DNA of 64,000 nucleotides from Bdellovibrionota bacterium (lineage in GTDB: Bacteria > Bdellovibrionota > UBA1018 > CAIPTA01 > JAALKR01), in contig CBDBMJ010000003.1 in NCBI GenBank assembly GCA_965207455.1, forward strand, positions 192,001 to 256,000, read 5' to 3'. The notes beneath the pieces were generated by a model that worked only from the letters and a program-made list of their open reading frames with translations, ran no database searches and had not been told where the DNA came from. The number at the start of each line of letters is the position of its first letter. Position 1 is the first letter of the stretch. Positions 1-9,041 of the stretch are shown here, in pieces. The translations under genes and the position numbers were made by a program.

Positions 1-165
1 TTTCGTATAATCTAAACCCGTGGTTTCCAGATCCACCACTAGGCCCGTGCATACATTCTCCTTGGAGACCGAGTCTTTGGGCAAAGAAAAGTCGCCTTGA
101 AATCGATGTAACGTGATGGTGTTTCCGTCCTCGGACAAACCTGCGCTTTGAATAAATCGTGCCAT
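1..165 (-). CDS. DEDDh 3'-5' exonuclease (DnaQ/epsilon-like), N-terminal part, runs off the window
   Basis: Manual translation from the ATG at 165 gives MARFIQSAGLSEDGNTITLHRFQGDFSLPKDSVSKENVCTGLVVDLETTGLDYTK, containing ExoI motif VVDLETTG. GGGGTAGGA lies upstream. Not in the ORF track. Confidence 0.7.
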   Translation of the reverse strand, partial: MARFIQSAGLSEDGNTITLHRFQGDFSLPKDSVSKENVCTGLVVDLETTGLDYTK

Positions 166-236
166 ATTCCTACCCCCAGTCGTATGAATTCAACATAGAA
201 TACCCAGATTCTCAAGGAACAGGGTATAATAAAAAT

Positions 237-1589
237 ATGCAACTGTCTTTGGAACAGATTATAGAAACGCCGGTGGACAGCTTAAATTCCCAAGGGCAGG
301 GTGTGGCTCACCATAACGGCATCACTCTTTTTATCGACGGGGCTTTGCCCATGGAGGTGGTGCAAGCCCAAATATACCAAATAAAAAAACGCTATGCCTG
401 TGCCACTGCCATAAAAATCATAAAGCCATCTCCAGTACGGGAGGATAAGCCCCCCTGTATACATTTTGGTAGCTGCGGAGGTTGTCATCTCATGCATTTA
501 AGCTACCCGGCTCAGTTGGAAGAAAAGGGGCGGCATGTGAAAAATTGTATGGAGCGGATTGCAAAGCTTTCTCCATCGCCCGCAATCTTGCCCTGTATTT
601 CCTCTCCTCAAATACTAGCCTATCGAAATAAAGTGCAGATCAATATGGGGATGGATGGAGACAATATCATTGGTGGTTTTTACGCTTTGCGATCCCATTC
701 CATCGTGGCAATGGAAAGTTGCCCTATCCATCTCCCTCTGGGCGACCAAGCCTATCAAGCAGCATTAACTTTTTTGCGCCAGGAAAGTATCGTTCCCTAC
801 GACGAGTCCACGAGAAGGGGAACGTTACGTCGCCTATGGATACGGACCACTCAAAAAACCCAGGAAGTGCTCCTAGTTTTTATTACAACCCGGCCCCAAA
901 CAAAAATCTTACAGAAAATTGCTAAAAAACTTATGGACACAATCCCTTCCATCGTGGGTGTTCTCCAAAATATTCAACCAAGCCGGGGGAATACCACCCT
1001 AAGTTCCACATTCATTACCCTAGGGGGACGAAGTTATGTAAAAGAAACGTTTATGGATTTAGAGTGGAGGCTTTCTCCACAGTCCTTTTTTCAAATGAAT
1101 ACACCGCAAGCAGAAACATTATACCGTGAGGCTCTCCAGATGGCTGAACTCACGGGCACAGAAACGGTTGTGGATGGGTACTGTGGCACAGGAACTTTAT
1201 CTCTCGTACTTTCCCAACACGCCCAGCAGGTATTGGGGGTAGATTCTGTCCGTGCTGCCATTGAGGATGCAAAACATAATGCCCAAATCAATGGAATAGA
1301 AAATGCCCATTTTCACTGCGGTACTATGGAAGCTCTTCTGCCCAATATGAAGCCCTTTCAAATTATTTTTCTGGACCCTCCCCGGAAGGGTTGTGATCGC
1401 TCTGTATTGGAAACAATTGCCCGTGTAGGGCCTCAAAAGATAATTTATATTTCTTGCGACCCTGCCACTCTAGCTAGAGATCTTGCCATTCTCCAAACCC
1501 ATTCCTATCATGTGAAAAAAATACAGCCCCTGGACATGTTCCCTCAAACTTCCCATGTGGAATGTGTTGCGCTCATAGAGCGCTTGTGA
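237..1589 (+). CDS. rlmD: 23S rRNA (uracil-5)-methyltransferase RlmD/TrmA family
   Basis: TRAM-like N-terminus, Fe-S motif CIHFGSCGGC, SFFQMN, DGYCGTG, LDPPRKG, YISCDPATLARD, DMFPQTSHVE. Start moved to ATG 237; TATAAT at 225-230. Confidence 0.9.
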   Translation: MQLSLEQIIETPVDSLNSQGQGVAHHNGITLFIDGALPMEVVQAQIYQIKKRYACATAIKIIKPSPVREDKPPCIHFGSCGGCHLMHLSYPAQLEEKGRHVKNCMERIAKLSPSPAILPCISSPQILAYRNKVQINMGMDGDNIIGGFYALRSHSIVAMESCPIHLPLGDQAYQAALTFLRQESIVPYDESTRRGTLRRLWIRTTQKTQEVLLVFITTRPQTKILQKIAKKLMDTIPSIVGVLQNIQPSRGNTTLSSTFITLGGRSYVKETFMDLEWRLSPQSFFQMNTPQAETLYREALQMAELTGTETVVDGYCGTGTLSLVLSQHAQQVLGVDSVRAAIEDAKHNAQINGIENAHFHCGTMEALLPNMKPFQIIFLDPPRKGCDRSVLETIARVGPQKIIYISCDPATLARDLAILQTHSYHVKKIQPLDMFPQTSHVECVALIERL

Positions 1590-1603
1590 GAAAATTGAAA
1601 ATC

Positions 1604-3478
1604 ATGGGACAATCTTCTTTACTAAGCAATCCTAAGTTTTGGCCTCTTTTCTATACCCAATTATTTGGAGCCTTTAATGACAATTTCTTTAAAAATGGAT
1701 TGATAATCCTCATTACCTATCAGTCCATGAAAATCGGATCCCTAGATCCTCCAACGCTTGTGGCTCTCTGTGGAGCTATATTTATCTTTCCATTTTTCCT
1801 TTTCTCTGCCACTGCTGGACAACTGGCCGACAAATATGAAAAGTCGAAAATGATCGTCTATATTAAAGTCCTAGAAATTTTCATTATGCTTTTAGCGACT
1901 GTCGGTTTTATAACAGGAAGTATCCAAGTCCTCATGGCCACGCTCTTTCTTATGGGAACCCAATCCGCATTCTTTGGTCCTCTAAAGTATAGTTACTTCC
2001 CACAAATCCTACCCGATAATGAACTCGTGGGAGTAAATGCTCTCCTCCAAACGGGAACTTTTTTAGCTATTTTGCTGGGCACTCTTGCGGGCGGTATAAT
2101 CATAGCTATCCCCGGCAATGGACCCATCTACATCAGCATTGGCGTAATTCTTTTAGCTTTTATTGGTTTTTTCTTTAGTCGAGCCATACCTTCCATAGAA
2201 GTAAAAGATCCCAGTCTTCGTGTGGAGTATAACCCCATCTTTCCCACTTGGAGAATCATCCGTTATATACTTCAGGATCGAACCATTGCTCTTGCCACAT
2301 TTGGAACCAGTTGGTTTTGGTTCTATGGAGCAGCCATGCTTTCCCTATTTCCTGGATATGCAAAAACAACCTTAGGCGGGAATGAACATGTGGCCACTCT
2401 CCTGTTGGCTCTTTTTTCCGTCGGCATTGGTCTTGGGTGCATGATCTGTAAGAAGATATCTGGACGAAACTTAGAGCTTGGACTTGTACCCATAGGCTCT
2501 ATAGGCCTCACCATATTTATTTTTGATTTATTTTTAATCCCTTACTCCGACTATAGTGGAATGGCTCCACTTACCCTGATGGAATTCCTCAATGCTCCAA
2601 ATAGTTTTCGAGTGATATTTGATCTAACCATGGTTTCTTTTTCAGGTGGATTTTTTATCGTCCCCATGATGACCTTGATCCAACAAAAAGCCTCTAAAGC
2701 ACACCTGTCGCGAGTGATTGCTGCGGGAAATATTATTAACGCTTTGTTTATGGTGGTGGCAGCTGTCATGCTCACCATACTTTTTAAATATAATTTTGCA
2801 TCAACAGAAATCTTTGTGGTGCTGGCTGTTCTCAATCTTTTTGTTGCCATCTATGTATACACAGTCCTACCAGAATTTTTCCTGCGCTTTGTGGGCTGGA
2901 TTCTCACAAAACTTATCTATCGCCTACGCCCCATGGGATTGGAACACATCCCTCACAAGGGTCCAGCTCTCCTCGTCTGTAACCATGTTACCTATGTGGA
3001 CTGGCTATTCCTCACCGGTGCCATCCATCGCCCCATCCGTTTTATTATGAACTGTCGTTTTCTTGAAGTTCCCGTCGCCGGGTCCCTTCTTAAAATGGGC
3101 AAGGTAATCCCCATTGCTCCTGCGAAAGTAAACCCAGAAATTCTAAGCGCTGCATGGGAAACGGTACACGAGGCACTCCAAGATGGAAATCTTGTGTGCA
3201 TATTTCCAGAAGGCGTTCTTACGAAAGATGGAAAAATTGCTCACTTTCGTCCTGGCATAGAGAAAATTATTCAAAGAGACCCCGTTCCCGTAATACCCAT
3301 GGCACTGTGTGGAGTTTGGCAAAGCTACTTTAGCACCCAAAAAGGTAACTTGCTCCAAAGATTTCCCGGCAAACTCTGGAAAAAAGTAAAACTGCGCATA
3401 TCTTCTCCTCTAGACCCTCAACAAGCGACTTCTCAAAAACTCCATGAAATTATAACAGCTCTAGTCGATGAAAAATAA
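1604..3478 (+). CDS. MFS transporter (LplT-like) fused to 1-acyl-glycerol-3-phosphate acyltransferase domain
   Basis: TQLFGAFNDNFFKN MFS start, about 12 hydrophobic segments, then PlsC motifs NHVTYVD and IFPEG. Confidence 0.85.
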   Translation: MGQSSLLSNPKFWPLFYTQLFGAFNDNFFKNGLIILITYQSMKIGSLDPPTLVALCGAIFIFPFFLFSATAGQLADKYEKSKMIVYIKVLEIFIMLLATVGFITGSIQVLMATLFLMGTQSAFFGPLKYSYFPQILPDNELVGVNALLQTGTFLAILLGTLAGGIIIAIPGNGPIYISIGVILLAFIGFFFSRAIPSIEVKDPSLRVEYNPIFPTWRIIRYILQDRTIALATFGTSWFWFYGAAMLSLFPGYAKTTLGGNEHVATLLLALFSVGIGLGCMICKKISGRNLELGLVPIGSIGLTIFIFDLFLIPYSDYSGMAPLTLMEFLNAPNSFRVIFDLTMVSFSGGFFIVPMMTLIQQKASKAHLSRVIAAGNIINALFMVVAAVMLTILFKYNFASTEIFVVLAVLNLFVAIYVYTVLPEFFLRFVGWILTKLIYRLRPMGLEHIPHKGPALLVCNHVTYVDWLFLTGAIHRPIRFIMNCRFLEVPVAGSLLKMGKVIPIAPAKVNPEILSAAWETVHEALQDGNLVCIFPEGVLTKDGKIAHFRPGIEKIIQRDPVPVIPMALCGVWQSYFSTQKGNLLQRFPGKLWKKVKLRISSPLDPQQATSQKLHEIITALVDEK

Positions 3479-3580
3479 ATAATCGCTGCTGCGCAAGTAA
3501 TGTGAAGCAAATGTAACTCTTCTCTATTATAATAAATGCTACGAGCGCTGAGTTGCCTCAGCTGAGTTTCCTCAGCTTAA

Positions 3581-3614
3581 TAACATTACTCGTAAATATT
3601 ATTTTTTTGACGAG
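3581..3614. repeat. ~34-bp direct repeat, copy 1 (internally palindromic)
   Basis: TAACATTACTCGTAAATATTATTTTTTTGACGAG; near-identical copy at 4155-4187. Confidence 0.85.
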
Positions 3615-3624
3615 CAAAAAAGAA

Positions 3625-3653
3625 TTGACGTACAAAAAATATTCCGTTAAATT
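3625..3653 (+). promoter_or_regulatory. Putative sigma70-type promoter
   Basis: TTGACG-N17-TAAATT upstream of the 3720 CDS. Confidence 0.4.
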
Positions 3654-3719
3654 AAACCTTATAAAAGAGATGCATGGTGTAGCTCTTAAAAAAATTATCA
3701 AGAAAAGAGGAAAAAAATT

Positions 3720-4157
3720 ATGAACATACTAAAACTAATATTTGCATTCACTATACTTTGCTCCCTGTCAAGCGCTCCAGCTTTTGCCATGGCAGAAGGT
3801 CCCACGACTGAAATGGAGATAGATTATGTGTCAGAAATGCCTGCAGACGCACTGGTAAACTGCCATAAGAAAGCCATTCCTGACCCTGACGCTGACCATG
3901 AAATTGACCCTGACGGAAAGCGCTACTCAACGTTTTGTCAAACTACACAGACAGTTGAAATAAATGGAAAAGTAGAAACTTTTGAGATTTTAATGAAACT
4001 CGCAATTGGCGGACTGGATAAGCGCTTTTATGTCAAACTTGACATAGATGTATATTCTTATAAGGATGCATTCTCACCAGTAGCCACTGTATCACTTCGC
4101 TGTAACGGAGGCCGTTTCAATGACCGCTGTAGGCTTTTGTTTGTAACGTTTGTATAA
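3720..4157 (+). CDS. Hypothetical secreted protein (4 Cys in the mature part)
   Basis: Sec signal peptide ending AFA; AGAGGA RBS; no family recognised. Confidence 0.75.
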   Translation: MNILKLIFAFTILCSLSSAPAFAMAEGPTTEMEIDYVSEMPADALVNCHKKAIPDPDADHEIDPDGKRYSTFCQTTQTVEINGKVETFEILMKLAIGGLDKRFYVKLDIDVYSYKDAFSPVATVSLRCNGGRFNDRCRLLFVTFV

Positions 4158-4187
4158 CATCACTCGTAAATATTATTTTTTGACGAG
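4155..4187. repeat. ~33-bp direct repeat, copy 2
   Basis: TAACATCACTCGTAAATATTATTTTTTGACGAG; one substitution and one T indel relative to copy 1; overlaps the TAA stop. Confidence 0.85.
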
Positions 4188-4321
4188 AAAGCCTACAATT
4201 TTTACATGAAAGAGGTGCAGATGAGCGGGATATTGGAATAGCTGAAATCAAAATTAAAGAACTAGAAAAAGACGGCAAAGAATAAGAACACTCGCTGAAA
4301 GATTAACGTAACCGATACTAG

Positions 4322-4352
4322 AAAATCCCCTCCTACATGAGGGGATTTTTTT
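4322..4352. terminator. Rho-independent terminator, probably bidirectional
   Basis: AAAATCCCCTC-CTACAT-GAGGGGATTTT followed by a T-run, between convergent genes. Confidence 0.8.
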
Positions 4353-4392
4353 GCCTTCAGCAGCTAAGATAAATCAAAGCACCCCACAGTTC

Positions 4393-5262
4393 CTAAAATT
4401 TAATATTCGCTGTTGGCACAAGCTCATTACCGCCACTTTTACCATTCCCTAATTGCCCAACACTGTTGCTACCCCAGCATTTTGCAGTCCCATTACTTAA
4501 AAGAGCACAGCTATGCTCTGATCCAAGAGAAATGTCTATAGTACCAATAAACTCGTAGAGAGAACTTGCATCAGAGCAAGCAGAGCTATTGCCAGCCCTG
4601 TCCGTCTGCTTTGCGTAATGAGTATATTCTCCTAGACTACTTAAACTGGAATCTATTGTGATGGAGTTCTCTGTAGTTGTTTCTGATGCCACTTGGCTTT
4701 CTTCCGTACAAGCGCTGTGCGTGTATAGAGTAACTTCCGCTCCAATCTCTACGCCCGAGATCAAAAAACTAGGCGATCTATCCGGTGATGGACTGATAAC
4801 TCCTTCGGTAAATGCTATTGCTGATTCTGCTGGCGCTAGCGTATCTAAATGGTATTTTATTTCTAAGCAATCAAAAACCTCTGCCCCATTGGCATGTTTT
4901 GCATAATAAGTATATTCTCCATCATCAGTAATGGAACTTTTTAGCCCTACAGACACTTGACCATCTGCCGGGATTGAATCTGCGCTCACTGATTCTCCAG
5001 CACATTCCTCCATTACATGCAGGCTGACCAATGCTCCACCTCTCACATTGAAAAACTTAAAAGCTGGTGATGAGTTCTTAGAGTAGTATATGCCTTCCTC
5101 AGGATTAATTCCTTCTATTTCGATAGCAAATTCAGGCGGCGAATTAGGAGTAAACGAATTAAAGGGCAACAAATTACTACCCGAATCGCTACTGCTACAA
5201 CCAACAAGGGCGGCAAACAGTATAAACGGTATTATGTGGAGATTGAGATTCTTACACGCCAA
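4393..5262 (-). CDS. Lipoprotein with two Ig-like (Big) repeats and one C-terminal RCC1 repeat
   Basis: Lipobox ALVGC; two repeats SPxF...V..GA.V.L....C...GEYTxYAK; ends ISLGSEHSCALLSNGTAKCWGSNSVGQLG. Start placed at TTG 5262. Confidence 0.7.
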   Translation of the reverse strand: MACKNLNLHIIPFILFAALVGCSSSDSGSNLLPFNSFTPNSPPEFAIEIEGINPEEGIYYSKNSSPAFKFFNVRGGALVSLHVMEECAGESVSADSIPADGQVSVGLKSSITDDGEYTYYAKHANGAEVFDCLEIKYHLDTLAPAESAIAFTEGVISPSPDRSPSFLISGVEIGAEVTLYTHSACTEESQVASETTTENSITIDSSLSSLGEYTHYAKQTDRAGNSSACSDASSLYEFIGTIDISLGSEHSCALLSNGTAKCWGSNSVGQLGNGKSGGNELVPTANIKF

Positions 5263-5643
5263 TGTTCCACTGCTACGTAGGTTTTTCAAAACCCAACCTA
5301 AATACATGCAAGATGAACTACAAAGAGTTCCGAGCATTTTCACAAACAAATTATTCTTCTAACTTACACTTGTTAAAACGGTCGGAATCCGTAATACCTT
5401 TAGAGGTATTTTCATTATTAAATAAATACAAGAAAGAGTGTTGAAAAATTCTTCATTTGAACTCCAATACCGGACATGAAAAATAATTTAACCTTTTAAA
5501 ATTTTCCCCGATCTTAGAACCTTGCTGATAATTACGGATAGAGTAAAAATTGAGAAATACACAATATTGTCGCTACGTTCTGGTCTATCTCCCATAAAAA
5601 CCAGATTTTCCTTGAGTCCCCTTATTAGCTAAGGTATTCCTTG

Positions 5644-5753
5644 GGTGGGTGTATCTGGCCCCATGCAAGTTTCTAGGGTGAACTCCGCCAGGACTGGAAG
5701 GTAGCAACGGTAATCTAATGGAGCTGTGTTGTGGTTTCGCTGGGTCGCCCACT
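5644..5753 (+). ncRNA. ffs: Signal recognition particle RNA (small SRP/4.5S)
   Basis: Helix-8 core GCCAGGACTGGAAGGTAGCAACGG; terminal pairing GGTGGGTG/CGCCCACT; typical position upstream of dnaX. Confidence 0.85.
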
Positions 5754-5776
5754 ATCATAATATGGAGCATAAAAAA

Positions 5777-7417
5777 ATGTCTTACCTAGTATTAGCTCGA
5801 AAATATCGTCCCCAAAGTTTTCAGGAGCTTTTGGGTCAGGAACATATTACCCAAACCCTGAAAAACGCATTCCAGCAAAATAGGATTGGGCACGCCTATA
5901 TTTTTTCAGGCACTCGCGGCATTGGAAAAACAAGCCTTGCCCGACTCCTAGCCAAAGCCCTGCGCTGCGAGCACCCCGATGCCCAACCCGGCAAACCCAA
6001 GTACGGAACCTCTTGTAATACATGCCAGTCCTGTTCCGACATCACAAAGTCTGCCGCCCTAGACGTACTGGAAATAGACGGTGCCTCCAACAACGGTGTA
6101 GAGCATATTCGTGAGATACGAGAAAACGTCAAATTCTTTCCCTCCAACGGCACAACGAAAATATATATTATCGACGAAGTTCACATGCTCACGGGCGCTG
6201 CTTTCAACGCCTTACTAAAAACACTGGAAGAACCTCCGTCCCATATTATTTTTATTTTTGCCACAACGGAGATCCATAAGGTGCCGGCCACTATTCTCTC
6301 TCGCTGCCAACGCTTTGACTTAAAAAGAGCGCCCCAGTCTTTGATTTTTCAATTCCTCCAACTCATTACAGAAAAAGAAAAACTAGAGGCAGACCCCGGC
6401 GCCTTACAACAGATTGCCCAAAAGGCAAGTGGCTCCTTTCGGGATTCCCTTTCCCTCTTGGACCAAGTCATTGCCCACTCCCATAGTATGAGTGCTACCT
6501 CAATTACCGTAAAGAATACACAAGAGGTTCTGGGTATTGTCAGCCAAGAGCTGTTACAAGAAATATTTCATTCCCTAGTGAACAGCAATCCAGTTGCGGC
6601 TCTTATGCGTGTGCAAGATGCTTTTGAGTCGGGCATGAGCATGAAATCATTGGCGATAGCATTGGCTGAATATTTCCGTAATGCCGTTCTTATAAAATTA
6701 GGCGTTACAAAAAATTTACTAACAATTACAGACGAGCAAGCAGCAACACTTTCCAAAAGTCTGGGCGACACACAGGAAACCCTACAAGCGAGTTTTGAAG
6801 TGATCTCAAAATCCATTCCTGAAATTGCCCAAAGCCCCCTCCCAAAAGCCACCTTGGAAATGGCATTGATTCGAGTCTCTCAGTTAGGATCTTTGACCAG
6901 TGTAGCTGCTCTATTGGATCGACTTGAAAAGATGGAGAAAAACACGGCTGTACATGCTCCAGTCCCCATCGAGACTCCAGTCCCCACCGAGACTAGTCCT
7001 TGCCCACCCTCCAGCCATCCCCTCCAATGGGCACACTTTGTACAGTTTGCTCTCCAAAAACAGGCGAAGGTGGGAAGCCTACTGGAGCACGCCACACCCG
7101 TAACTCCCATAGAGGAATGGAAAAGCCAGCAAACCCTCCAAATAGGCTTTTTCCAGTCCTTTTATTACCAACAGGCAAAGGCTAGGAATAAAGAGTTAAC
7201 CTCCTTGGTGCAAGAATACATTGGGGCAGAGAAGCTCTTGGTCATAGCAAAGGTCGACCGAACTCAAAAAGCTAAGCCCTCTATTGTAGCCACTGCTCAA
7301 AAAAGTCACGCCCAAAAAACCGACAAATTAAAAGAGAAATTTTTGCAGCAAAAAATCGTGCATGATACAAAAGAGATACTAAACACAAAAATGATAGACT
7401 TTAGAGTAAAGGAGTAA
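5777..7417 (+). CDS. dnaX: DNA polymerase III subunit gamma/tau
   Basis: LARKYRPQSF, GTRGIGKTS, Zn cysteines, EIDGASN, IIDEVHML, SRCQRF. Start ATG 5777 follows GGAG. Confidence 0.95.
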   Translation: MSYLVLARKYRPQSFQELLGQEHITQTLKNAFQQNRIGHAYIFSGTRGIGKTSLARLLAKALRCEHPDAQPGKPKYGTSCNTCQSCSDITKSAALDVLEIDGASNNGVEHIREIRENVKFFPSNGTTKIYIIDEVHMLTGAAFNALLKTLEEPPSHIIFIFATTEIHKVPATILSRCQRFDLKRAPQSLIFQFLQLITEKEKLEADPGALQQIAQKASGSFRDSLSLLDQVIAHSHSMSATSITVKNTQEVLGIVSQELLQEIFHSLVNSNPVAALMRVQDAFESGMSMKSLAIALAEYFRNAVLIKLGVTKNLLTITDEQAATLSKSLGDTQETLQASFEVISKSIPEIAQSPLPKATLEMALIRVSQLGSLTSVAALLDRLEKMEKNTAVHAPVPIETPVPTETSPCPPSSHPLQWAHFVQFALQKQAKVGSLLEHATPVTPIEEWKSQQTLQIGFFQSFYYQQAKARNKELTSLVQEYIGAEKLLVIAKVDRTQKAKPSIVATAQKSHAQKTDKLKEKFLQQKIVHDTKEILNTKMIDFRVKE

Positions 7418-7421
7418 CGTT

Positions 7422-7754
7422 ATGCGAAAGTCCGGAGGAGGATTTGGAGGGAATATGCAACAGATGATGCAACAAGCCCAACAGATGCAAAAAAAAGTGC
7501 AAGAAGCCCAGGCAGCGTTGGCCACAGAGGAAGTGCAAGCCCAATCGGGTGGTGGAATCGTAAAAGTGACCGTCAGTGGAAACCAGGACTTACTGGATAT
7601 TACCATTGCCCCTGAAGCCTTAGAAGATGCAGAAATGCTCCAAGATATGGTAAAAGTAGCTATGAACAAGGCTCTAAAAGAGTCGAAAGAATTATCCGAA
7701 AAGAAAATGGGTGGCGCCATGGGAAACCTTCCCTTTCCCCCGGGGCTTTTTTAA
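7422..7754 (+). CDS. ybaB: YbaB/EbfC nucleoid-associated protein
   Basis: MQQMMQQAQQMQKK...SGGGIVKVTVSG; dnaX-ybaB-recR synteny. Confidence 0.93.
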   Translation: MRKSGGGFGGNMQQMMQQAQQMQKKVQEAQAALATEEVQAQSGGGIVKVTVSGNQDLLDITIAPEALEDAEMLQDMVKVAMNKALKESKELSEKKMGGAMGNLPFPPGLF

Positions 7755-7760
7755 GCAGTT

Positions 7761-8357
7761 ATGGACTACTTAAACCAGTTGGTTCATGAGTTATCAAAAC
7801 TCCCTGGCATTGGACCAAAATCAGCAACTCGTCTCACCTACCATTTATTAAATACGAACAAGGAGAGTATCGAGCGACTATCCCACACTTTGATTGCTGC
7901 CAAGGAAAATACCCGTTTATGCGATGAGTGCCATACCTATACGCAAACACAACTTTGTAGCATTTGTGAAAAAACAAATCGAAGCAAACATCAAATTATT
8001 GTTGTGGAACGTCCCTGCGATGCAGACGCCATTGAAAATACCCACCACTTTCTCGGCACCTACCATGTACTCCACGGCTTGCTTTCTCCCATGGACGGCA
8101 TCGGTCCCCAGCAGTTGAAATGCAAGGAGCTCATCCAAAGAATTTCCAAGCTGGAACAAACACAGGAGATAGAAATTATTTTAGCTATAAACCCTAGTAT
8201 AGAGGGAGAGGCCACCTGCCTGTACATAAAACAGATACTGAACTCTCCCATAAAAATTACTCGAATTGCGTACGGCTTACCCATGGGAGGAGCTTTAGAG
8301 TATGCGGATCAAATGACGATTACAAAAGCGTTGGATAATCGTGTGCAATATAAATAA
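7761..8357 (+). CDS. recR: Recombination mediator RecR
   Basis: LPGIGPKSA HhH, C4 zinc finger, YHVLHGLLSP, EGEAT, RIAYGLPMG. Confidence 0.95.
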   Translation: MDYLNQLVHELSKLPGIGPKSATRLTYHLLNTNKESIERLSHTLIAAKENTRLCDECHTYTQTQLCSICEKTNRSKHQIIVVERPCDADAIENTHHFLGTYHVLHGLLSPMDGIGPQQLKCKELIQRISKLEQTQEIEIILAINPSIEGEATCLYIKQILNSPIKITRIAYGLPMGGALEYADQMTITKALDNRVQYK

Positions 8358-8371
8358 TAGGAGGCCAAAAG

Positions 8372-9025
8372 ATGAGTTTTATTAATTACAAAAACATGGA
8401 AATCAATTGCAAGGTAGTTTATTTTGGTCCGTCCGCAGGGGGAAAAACCACCAACCTTCGTTATATTCATTCCCAAACCCATCCCGACGGTGCACTCCTT
8501 CCCATAAACACCAAGAGCACCCGTTTGTTTGATTTCCTACCCCTTGCCTTGGGAACACTCAACGGCTTCAAGGTTCGTTTTCACCTATATGCGGTCCCAG
8601 GACAGACTGAATCTGCCCACACCCATTTCCTGCAAAGTATCGATGGAATTATTTTTGTTTGTGATTCACAGGTAAACCGCATAGAGGCCAATATGGAAAG
8701 TTTTCATAACCTTAAGCAAACCCTGGAACAACAGGATTTAGATATACAGAAAATACCGTTGGTGTTTCAGTATAATAAGAGAGACATACCCAACATTTGT
8801 CCCATCGAGGAGCTTTCTAAAGAAATAAACAGTATCGAGGCGCTGGAATTTCCTGCAACCGCTACAACTGGTCAGGGCGTACTAAAAACCTTGGACTCGT
8901 TAACAAAAAGAATTGTTGGCGAATTGAAAAATCAAACTCAGCTTGTACAGCTCGAAAGTGAAAAAAAAGGGCCTCAACCGTTACCTAAGTTGAGACCCCA
9001 CAGGAAAGACTCCTTAACCGTATAG
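8372..9025 (+). CDS. mglA: MglA-family small Ras-like GTPase (divergent)
   Basis: MSFINY..EINCKVVYFGPSAGGKTTNL, FDFLPL, RFHLYAVPGQ, QYNKRD. Confidence 0.85.
   Translation: MSFINYKNMEINCKVVYFGPSAGGKTTNLRYIHSQTHPDGALLPINTKSTRLFDFLPLALGTLNGFKVRFHLYAVPGQTESAHTHFLQSIDGIIFVCDSQVNRIEANMESFHNLKQTLEQQDLDIQKIPLVFQYNKRDIPNICPIEELSKEINSIEALEFPATATTGQGVLKTLDSLTKRIVGELKNQTQLVQLESEKKGPQPLPKLRPHRKDSLTV
8961..8998 (-). terminator. Putative terminator of protease copy 1 (lies inside the mglA 3' end)
   Basis: A8-GGGCCTCAAC-loop-GTTGAGACCC; homologous to the hairpin at 10769-10819. Confidence 0.55.
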
Positions 9026-9041
9026 TTACCGTCCTTGGGAT

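Noticed and set aside
3581..4187. Integron attC sites flanking a gene cassette
   Set aside because: TAAC overlaps the stop, but there is no matching GTTRRRY end at a suitable distance and no integrase in the window.
4184..4285. Short frame ...LHERGADERDIGIAEIKIKELEKDGKE* before the terminator
   Set aside because: No start codon or RBS and too short to assign; may be a gene remnant but unsupported.
5777..7417. Programmed -1 frameshift in dnaX
   Set aside because: No clear A AAA AAG slippery site with a downstream hairpin seen after domain III.
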